A stretch of 64,000 nucleotides of DNA from contig CBDFIQ010000001.1 in assembly GCA_965248195.1 (NCBI GenBank), positions 96,001 to 160,000 of the forward strand, read 5' to 3'. Below the pieces are notes generated by a model, which was not told the origin of the DNA, made no database searches, and saw nothing but the letters and a program-made list of their open reading frames with translations. The stretch's first letter is position 1. Each line of letters begins with the position of its first letter. Positions 56,699 through 64,000 of the stretch are shown here, one piece after another. The position numbers and the translations under genes are program-made. This DNA comes from Longimicrobiales bacterium (GTDB lineage Bacteria > Gemmatimonadota > Gemmatimonadetes > Longimicrobiales > Gaopeijiaceae).

Positions 56699-59588
56699 AT
56701 GTCACCTGACAACGACCCATCTTGGGACGTCTTTCTCTCCTACGCTCGGAAGGACGACGAGAAGTTCGTCAAAAAGCTCAGAGACGACCTGGTATCCGAG
56801 GGCAAGAGCGTCTGGTGGGACCGCGAGGCGATGGAGAGTCGCGGCCGGGGATTCCCGCTCGAGATCCGAGACGCCATCTGGCATTCCAATAGGGTGGTCG
56901 CTGTGCTCGGTCCGGTAGCTCTCCAGTCCGACTACGTGCGGTTCGAATGGTCGCACGCTCATCTCTACGCGAAGGCCGTCGTTCCGATCCTGAGGAAGGG
57001 AGCGTACGACGGCCTGGGGCAGGATACGGCGACGCTTCTGTTCCGCGACGAGATGGAGGGCCTCACCGAAGAGCTACGACCCGCCGAGTTGGCGGAGCGG
57101 CACTGCATCGACTTCACTGATGACGAGAAGTATCCGGACGCCCTCGAGGAGTTGTTGGACAAGCTGGAGGGAGAGATTCTCCCGCTGGCCGACCTTCATG
57201 CTGCGCCCAGGTTCCCTCCACCAAACTTCGTGCCGCTCCCGAAGATCGTGGGCATGCTGTCCGATCTCCTGATCTACGACGTCGATGACCCGCGGTCACT
57301 GCGCACGGACATCAGGACCACCGTCTTGCGCGGGCGAGGGGGAATGGGCAAGTCCGTCATGGCGAACGCCTTCGCCAATGCGGTCAAGACTCGGTGGGCG
57401 TTCCTGGATGGGATCTTCTGGGTGCCCATCGGGCGGAGTCCCAACGATGAGAGACTGCTCGAGGCTCTTCGCCACATCGCGCTCCACGTAGACAGGAACC
57501 AGCTACCGACATACACGGACCGGCGGATCGCGAGGACGCTTCTGACTGAAGCCCTCAGCGAAACGCGATGTCTTCTGATCTTGGACGACGTGTGGGAAGC
57601 CGGAGACGTCCGGGACTTCACAGACGTCCTCGGACCCGCTTGTTCACTGCTCATCACGACCCGGAACGACGACGTCGCGGCTGGTCTGGGTGCGAGCCGC
57701 GTCGACCTGGAGACGTTGCCGCTCAAGAAAAGTGTCGCCCTTCAGCTGCTTGGCGATTGGGCCAAACAGTCGCCCGAGACTCTCCCACCCGAGGCCGAAG
57801 TGGTGGTGAAATTCTGCGATCACGTTCCGCTGGCTCTTGCCCTGTGCGGTGCGCTCATCCAGAAGGGTGAGACCTCGTGGCCGCGACTGCCGACCGTTCT
57901 GGCCGAGGCGAGGGAGCGAGTCCTGGACTCCTCGCTCCCCGCGTACGATCCGAAGGAGATCAACGTCTTCACGCCTATCGCCGCCAGCCTTCAATACCTG
58001 AAGGAGCTCGATCAGGAGGACGAGAAGGTCGGCAAGGAGCCGCTTCATCGATACGACAGCTATGTCGACCTGGCCGTCCTGCCCAACGATGCCCTGACCC
58101 CGGAAGCGGTCGTGTGCGCCCTCTGGATCGCCAACCAGGCCTTGGACCAGGATCTGTCGGTGAAGCTCCTCAGCCAATTGGACAGCAGAGCCCTGCTGCG
58201 GTTCCTTGGGGACCCTCCACTCGGGGAGATCCTGCTCCACAACCTGCAACACTTCTTCCTCGCCTCCCGGATCGACGCGGAGGAGACGACGGTGCTCCAC
58301 GGTGTGCTCGGGAGGGCATTGATGCAGCTATGGAGCACCGATCGGTCCCGGGGGGGGGGGGGGGGGGGGGCCGGAACCGGAGCGAGCTCTGGAGCTGGAG
58401 GAAGACGACACGGTGACGAGCTACTGCGTACGGTTCCTATGTCGGCATCTCCGGGAAGGCTGCTGTTGGGAAGAGCTGGGACGGCTTCTGGCAGATGTCC
58501 GATTCCTGCGGAGGAAGCAGGAGCCGGCCGCCCAGCTCGGATTGGAGGAGGAGATCCTGGATCTGTTGGCCGATGAGGAGGCGCCGATGGAGCGTGTCCT
58601 CGAGGGCATCGCTTCGGCCATCATGGATGGGATGGAGCTGTCGCGGGAGAAGGCGGATTGGCTGGACACGCTCGCCTATTGGATGGGCAGTGCGAAGCCG
58701 GCCGGTGACGAGCGACGCCGGGAAGGCCTGAAGCGGGTCGCGATCGAGTTGGATGAGGCCTGCGGCGAAGTATCGAGGGACCTTGCTGAGAAATACCTGA
58801 ACGAGGGGGAGCTCGATTCGGCTATGCGCTTCGCGGAGTTGCGAACCTGGGTTTGCCAGCGGAGAGGGGACTACCGGGCACTGGTCGACGCGTGCGACGC
58901 AGGCGAGGCGATGTGCAGGACGGAGCAAGTTGCGGCAGGGTACCGAACACTGGGACTCTCCGAGTTCATACGCATGCGGGCGTACGCACTAACGCATCTG
59001 GCCGGGACGGCTGGCGGCGATGGCAAAGACGTGCGGGCGCGCGTCGCGCCGGAGTTCGATGAGCTGAGTCGGGTCTTTGCCGAGATCGGAACTGAGGGAT
59101 GGAGGCTCAGCAGAGAGGAGTGGCTGGCCCTGCAGGAGAGGGGAGCCGGAGGCTTCGCGCTGTCACATCGGCGTTCCCGCGATGACTCGATGACCTTCAA
59201 AGCAAACGTCGTCTCCAACGAACATGACGCCATCGGTGCGATGTATCTGATTCAGGTCCTGGAGAGTCGCGGGGGTTTCGTGAACTGGATCCACCATAAG
59301 GACTTCGAGCCCGGGCAACTCGATCAGGAGGGTGCCCGGCTCACCGTCCTGCTCGGCGGCCCCAAGACTCCCGATTTCTCAGACGTGGCACACCGCTTCT
59401 ACGAATCCGACCGCGACGCCTACCTGCGAATGTACTCGGGGCTTCACTTCGGGCCTATCGCTCTCAAGCTCGTGGACGAGGAGACTCGCTCCGTGGCGTT
59501 CATGTTAGGGGGGGCCTCCAAGCTCCACACGTTGCAGGCGGTCCACGACTTCGCGAATAGCGATGAGGTGACCCACATCATCGGCTAG
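56699..59588 (+). CDS. TIR plus NB-ARC (STAND NTPase) protein, split by a G21 tract at 58350-58370
   Basis: DVFLSYAR and SDYVRFEW (TIR); GRGGMGKS (Walker A), LLILDDVW (Walker B), LLITTR, VPLAL and LHNL. The downstream frame is open from the G tract to 59588. Confidence 0.8.
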
Positions 59589-59650
59589 TATCGGGCCTCT
59601 TTGTTATTCCGGGGGCTGACGATCACCACGCCTTCCACGAAGACGCCAGG

Positions 59651-61339
59651 CTAGCGTCCGTCCGCCTCGACCGGGAGGGCGAAGACGTAGATCGCGTTGC
59701 TCCGATTGCCCCCAACCGGCGCCGCCACGTATTGCCTGCCGTCGACCGCGTAGGTGATCGGGAACCCCTGCACCGAAGCGGGCAATCGCGTCCGGAACAG
59801 GACGTCGCCGGTGGCGGCATCGTGGAAGTACAGATTACGGTCGGTGTCGGCACTGACCACCAGGCCGCCGCCCGTCGTAAGCGCCGCCGCGTGCGGGGCC
59901 GTGGGCGTGGAGTGCCGCCACAGGATCTCGCCGCTGTTGATGTCCATGGCGATCAGGTGGCCGCGGTGGTCCGGGCTGTCGGGGTGCGCCGTGGTTCCTT
60001 CCGAGCGCCACCCGCTGTTCGAGTAGTAGGGCGCTTGGATTACCTTTTCGATCTCGGTGAACGTCCCCCGTACACAGGTCGGGTGTATGGGGATGTATAG
60101 CGCCTGCGTCTGCGGGTGATACGCCGACGCCGGCCAGTTCCTGATGCCTCGGAAGTCGGGGCAGAACCCGAGCTCCACCCCTACCTGAGGGATCGTTCCG
60201 GGCCGGTAGGTCACCTCGCCCGTCCGTGGGTCTACGTCGATCAGAGTTTGATACCCGAGGTCGTGCGCCGCCACGAACGCTCCACTCGTCCGATCGATCT
60301 CCCAGAGGATGCCCATCTTACCCATCTTGAAGAGCGAGCGTCGGCCGTCGTGGTCGATGAGCACGCTCTCGAACACGTCATCAAGATCATGGGTCTCGCC
60401 CGGCACGAACTGGTAATACCACTCCAGCTCGCCGGTCGCCGGATCGAGCGCGAGCACGCTGTTGCTGTAGAGCGCGTCGCCGTCGGTCCCCCGGGTCAAT
60501 CGGGCCCAGGGCTTGGCCTGTGACGTCGACCAGTACGTCAAGTTGGTCTCCGGGTCGTAGCTGCCCGGAATCCACGAGTCGGCGCCGGCTCGATATTCGA
60601 GGAGCAGGTCGCCCCAGGTGTCACCTCCGGGCTCGCCGGGAGCCGCGATGGTCGAGGTACGCCAGACCTCTTCGCCCGTGTCGGCGTCATGGGCCGAGAT
60701 GAAGCACACATCCTCCTTGAAGCGCTCGCACCCGCTCATTCCGGCCACGATGTTTCCGTTCACCACGATCGGGCCACTGGTGTACCGGTAGCCGAGCGCT
60801 CGGTCCGCCACGGTGTGATCCCAGGCCACCTCGCCCGTGCGGGCGTCGAGCGCCACGATGTGCGCGTCCGAGGCGTTGAGATAGATCTTGTCGCCGTAGA
60901 TCGCGATCGACCGGGAGCGGCTGCTCAAGGTCTCGTCCGGGGGGCCCTCCAACACACGGTCGTACTGCCATAGCAGGTCTCCCGTGACGGCGTCGATCGC
61001 CTGAATGATGTTGTTCGGATTCGCGATGTACATCACGCCATCGTAGACGAGCGGCGTCGGCTGGCTGGCGCCCGGCTCCATACGCCAAGCCCAGACGAGC
61101 TGGAGCCGATGCACGTTGTCGGTGTTGATCTGGTCCAGCGGGCTGTACCCCCACGCATCTAATGTGCGCCGCCAGTTCAGCCAGTCTGCCGGGTCGGGGT
61201 TCGCCAGCATCGCTGACGTGACCGGGGTGAATTCGCGATCCTGGGCGGCGGCTCCGGTCGCCCCCACTGCTGCGAACAGTACCGTCGCCGTAATCGTGAT
61301 GGGCGACCCGAAAAGTGAAGTCCGATTCCGAATGCTCAT
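59651..61339 (-). CDS. PQQ-dependent dehydrogenase
   Basis: YSPLDQIN, ALDARTGEVAW, WYYQFVPGETHDLD and GRQYVA. Confidence 0.88.
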   Translation of the reverse strand: MSIRNRTSLFGSPITITATVLFAAVGATGAAAQDREFTPVTSAMLANPDPADWLNWRRTLDAWGYSPLDQINTDNVHRLQLVWAWRMEPGASQPTPLVYDGVMYIANPNNIIQAIDAVTGDLLWQYDRVLEGPPDETLSSRSRSIAIYGDKIYLNASDAHIVALDARTGEVAWDHTVADRALGYRYTSGPIVVNGNIVAGMSGCERFKEDVCFISAHDADTGEEVWRTSTIAAPGEPGGDTWGDLLLEYRAGADSWIPGSYDPETNLTYWSTSQAKPWARLTRGTDGDALYSNSVLALDPATGELEWYYQFVPGETHDLDDVFESVLIDHDGRRSLFKMGKMGILWEIDRTSGAFVAAHDLGYQTLIDVDPRTGEVTYRPGTIPQVGVELGFCPDFRGIRNWPASAYHPQTQALYIPIHPTCVRGTFTEIEKVIQAPYYSNSGWRSEGTTAHPDSPDHRGHLIAMDINSGEILWRHSTPTAPHAAALTTGGGLVVSADTDRNLYFHDAATGDVLFRTRLPASVQGFPITYAVDGRQYVAAPVGGNRSNAIYVFALPVEADGR

Positions 61340-61565
61340 CTAACGTCCTCCGGGTCGATGGGACTCGTAACGTCTCGTCGTCGGGGCGGGCGTCCTATAG
61401 GCGTCTACAGCGGCGGCGGGAGCAGAAGGCCCCATTTGCTCAAGCTCTGATGATAGATGGCTCGCACCTCCTGCGCCATCCGTCGCGGATGCGACCCGAA
61501 AGCTACTGAATTAGGCGGGGGTGCCATGGCTTGTGGCTAACATCAGGGCAGAGTAGTATCTCAGA

Positions 61566-62594
61566 ATGCGAAGAGTGCTTATGTCGCTTAGACGGCCTCG
61601 GGTCGGCCCGATTTTCGCCCTTTGCCTCGCGACCTCGTTGGTGGGGCCGGTCTCGTCTCTAGGGGCGCAGACCGCGTGGGTCGTGCCCCGGACGCCCGAC
61701 GGCCACCCGGATCTCCAGGGTAACTGGACCAACGAGACACTCACTCCGCTCGAGCGCCCGCGTGACCAAGGTCGCATTCTCACCCCGGAAGAGGTGACCA
61801 GGATCGAGCAGGGACAAGCGGGTGGGACCGACGCGGTCTGTTTCTATGGACCCGGGACATGTACCGACCGTATCACGCTAGTCGAAGGAGTCGACTTCCA
61901 TGTGGCCACCGTGAATGGTGAGCCCAGGAGCTCGCTCGTCACGCATCCGCCTGATGGCCGTGTGCCGTCGCTGATTCCTGAGGCGCTTATGCGGTCCGAG
62001 GACCCTCGGGCGCCCTGGAACCGGTTCGGGCAGTACGACCATCCGGAGCTCGCACCCCTCTCCGAGCGGTGCCTCATGTCCTTCGGTAGCAGCGCCGGTC
62101 CACCGATGATCCCCAACCGCCGCCTGTACAACAACAACTACACGATTGTGCAGACCGCCTTACACGTGCTGATCATGGCGGAGATGATCCACGATGCGCG
62201 CATCATCCGGATCGGCGATGGCCCGCGGCTTCCCGCACACATGAGACCGTGGATGGGTGACTCGTGGGGCCATTGGGAAGTTGATGTGCTCGTGGTCGAG
62301 ACCACCAACTTCCATCCGTTTCAGCGGTTCCGTGGCAACGCATCGGACAATCTGAAGGTGACCGAGCGGTTCCGCCGGGTCGACGAGGAGACCATCCTGT
62401 ACGAGTTCACGATCGACGACCCGACGACGTACGCCGAGCCCTGGGGAGGCGAAGTCCCGATGAAGGCGCTACACGACCGACTCTACGAGTACGCGTGTCA
62501 CGAAGGGAATCATAACCTGGTGGGTATACTGCGCGGCGCACGCTATCAGGAACGCCTGGAGGCCCAGAGCCGAGCGTCGGCGAGCCTTCGATAG
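61566..62594 (+). CDS. Conserved exported hypothetical protein
   Basis: PRTPDGHPDLQGNW, GDSWGHWE..VLVVETTNF and YEYACHEGN motifs. Confidence 0.75.
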   Translation: MRRVLMSLRRPRVGPIFALCLATSLVGPVSSLGAQTAWVVPRTPDGHPDLQGNWTNETLTPLERPRDQGRILTPEEVTRIEQGQAGGTDAVCFYGPGTCTDRITLVEGVDFHVATVNGEPRSSLVTHPPDGRVPSLIPEALMRSEDPRAPWNRFGQYDHPELAPLSERCLMSFGSSAGPPMIPNRRLYNNNYTIVQTALHVLIMAEMIHDARIIRIGDGPRLPAHMRPWMGDSWGHWEVDVLVVETTNFHPFQRFRGNASDNLKVTERFRRVDEETILYEFTIDDPTTYAEPWGGEVPMKALHDRLYEYACHEGNHNLVGILRGARYQERLEAQSRASASLR

Positions 62595-62709
62595 ATCCAA
62601 ATGTCCTCCGCGAGACGAGCGGAGGGCGCCGAAGGCGCCCGAAGCTCAATCCGGATGAGCCCAGGTAAGCTTCCCTGGCCGCCTTGCCACCTGCGGGTGC
62701 GGATCTAAC

Positions 62710-63606
62710 TCAGGAGAGAGCCGCTTCGTACAGCTCGATCAGCTTGCCCCAAGCTCGCTCGGCATCGGCCTCATCGTAGATCGGCGTTCCGCCCTGAGCC
62801 GGCATGTCCGTGACGCACCAGCCGTGGGCACCGGAATACACTTCGACCTCGGCCTCGACGCCCGCGTCCGCGAAGCTCTCTCGTAGTACGTCCTTGGCTT
62901 CAGGCTGTTGTGCGTCGTCGTTGGAGGCGATGCCGAAATACATGCGTGCCTGGATGTTCGGCGCCAGCAGATGCGGGCTATTCGGGTTGTCGGTCACCAG
63001 TCCCCCTCCGTGGAAGGATGCGGCGGCGCCGATGCGATCCGGCAGGGCGGCGGCGGTCCTGACGATCAGCGGTCCGCCCATGCAGTAGCCCTGCGTGCCG
63101 ATCTTCTTCGATGTATCCACCTGCGGTTGCGCGTCCAGAAACGCGATGTAGGGGGCGGCGTCCCGTTCGGCTGCGCCCGGCGCGGTCACCGAGCCCATCA
63201 GCGGACCCAGCCTCGCCCGGTCCTCTTGATTCGAGAAGTCGAAGGAGGCGACGTCGTCGAACACCGGCGCCCTCTCGACCCGATAGAACGGGTTCGGCAC
63301 CAGCACGGAGTACCCTTCCGCTGCCAGCCGCCTCCCCATTGCGCGAAAAGAGGGCCGCAGTCCGAATGCGTCCGTCCAGATAAGCACGCCCGCATAGGCA
63401 CCTGTCCGCGGGTGAATATAGGCAGCGTCCGCGGTCCCATCGGGGGTCGTAATCTCGACGTCCTCTTCGACCACCTCAATGCCTTGTGCCGTGCAGCCCG
63501 CGGTGACTGCAACGCCCGCGGTCACCGAGAAAGCTACAAAGTCGCGGCGCGTCATCTCGCCAGGCTGCGCATCGCGTTTCGGTTGCTTCGCTGGACCTTT
63601 GGCCAT
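62710..63606 (-). CDS. Dienelactone hydrolase-family protein, Tat signal
   Basis: TRRDF, GYCMGG nucleophile, SFHGG and HGW motifs. Confidence 0.88.
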   Translation of the reverse strand: MAKGPAKQPKRDAQPGEMTRRDFVAFSVTAGVAVTAGCTAQGIEVVEEDVEITTPDGTADAAYIHPRTGAYAGVLIWTDAFGLRPSFRAMGRRLAAEGYSVLVPNPFYRVERAPVFDDVASFDFSNQEDRARLGPLMGSVTAPGAAERDAAPYIAFLDAQPQVDTSKKIGTQGYCMGGPLIVRTAAALPDRIGAAASFHGGGLVTDNPNSPHLLAPNIQARMYFGIASNDDAQQPEAKDVLRESFADAGVEAEVEVYSGAHGWCVTDMPAQGGTPIYDEADAERAWGKLIELYEAALS

Positions 63607-63754
63607 GGTTACCCCCTTTGGAGGAAGGTATCATCCGGTTTCCTCTCGTGCTTGAGGTCGTCCGCCAGAGTTGTGTTAGATGGGTCGGGTACAACCTAGG
63701 ACGGGAACCAAGAGCCACGAGACGCCAATCCCCACCTCGACCCTTGGACCTACC

Positions 63755-64000
63755 ATGACCGCACGGACTGCTCGTCGGCTTCGCTCCACCTTCTGGATTA
63801 CGGTGGTGTGCGTGATTTACGGGACTACTTTCGACATGCTCCTGACCCTTTACGAGACCGGAGCCGTCGGCCGGCCCGCGTTCGGCGCCAGCGTCGGGGT
63901 GGGCCTCGGGGTCTGTCTCGCACTTCTGGAGCACTCCAGGTTCGCCGGATGGATGGTGCGTCTTCCGTTTACCGTCGCTCTCCTAACCAAGACGATCACC
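63755..64000 (+). CDS. Partial membrane protein running off the window
   Basis: ATG at 63755 opens a hydrophobic frame (FWITVVCVIYG) with no stop seen before the window end. Confidence 0.4.
   Translation, partial: MTARTARRLRSTFWITVVCVIYGTTFDMLLTLYETGAVGRPAFGASVGVGLGVCLALLEHSRFAGWMVRLPFTVALLTKTIT

Overview
High-GC bacterial DNA; the gene content resembles Gemmatimonadota or marine Acidobacteriota (inference only). Bases 1 to ~12.4 kb are an integron-like cassette array, all genes on the minus strand. It has at least 8 attC-like sites, two HigBA toxin-antitoxin cassettes, a PIN-domain cassette and several predicted lipoproteins. No canonical intI lies at the upstream end. Instead, a two-gene module (IntI-related tyrosine recombinase plus IS91-type Y2/HUH transposase) sits inside the array. 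Its 24-bp inverted repeats end in att-core heptamers, and both ends carry the AAC-N9-CCG spacing seen in most of the cassette sites. Most sites have a perfectly paired, co-varying 8-bp inner box without the usual extrahelical base. This is the best candidate for an undescribed system. Two IS256-family copies encoding identical transposases interrupt the array. The rest of the window is a mosaic of exported redox and hydrolase genes: a B3-type metallo-beta-lactamase fold, a DUF1592/DUF1552/ankyrin cluster, cytochrome c/Cu-monooxygenase-like proteins, three PQQ-type dehydrogenases, two DUF5916 outer-membrane proteins, PhoX and cyclic-nucleotide signalling genes. It also holds several chimeric or truncated genes, a 37-bp dispersed hairpin motif and a TIR-NB-ARC (NLR-like) gene split by a G21 tract. 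All calls are by-eye motif recognition; no database searches were run.
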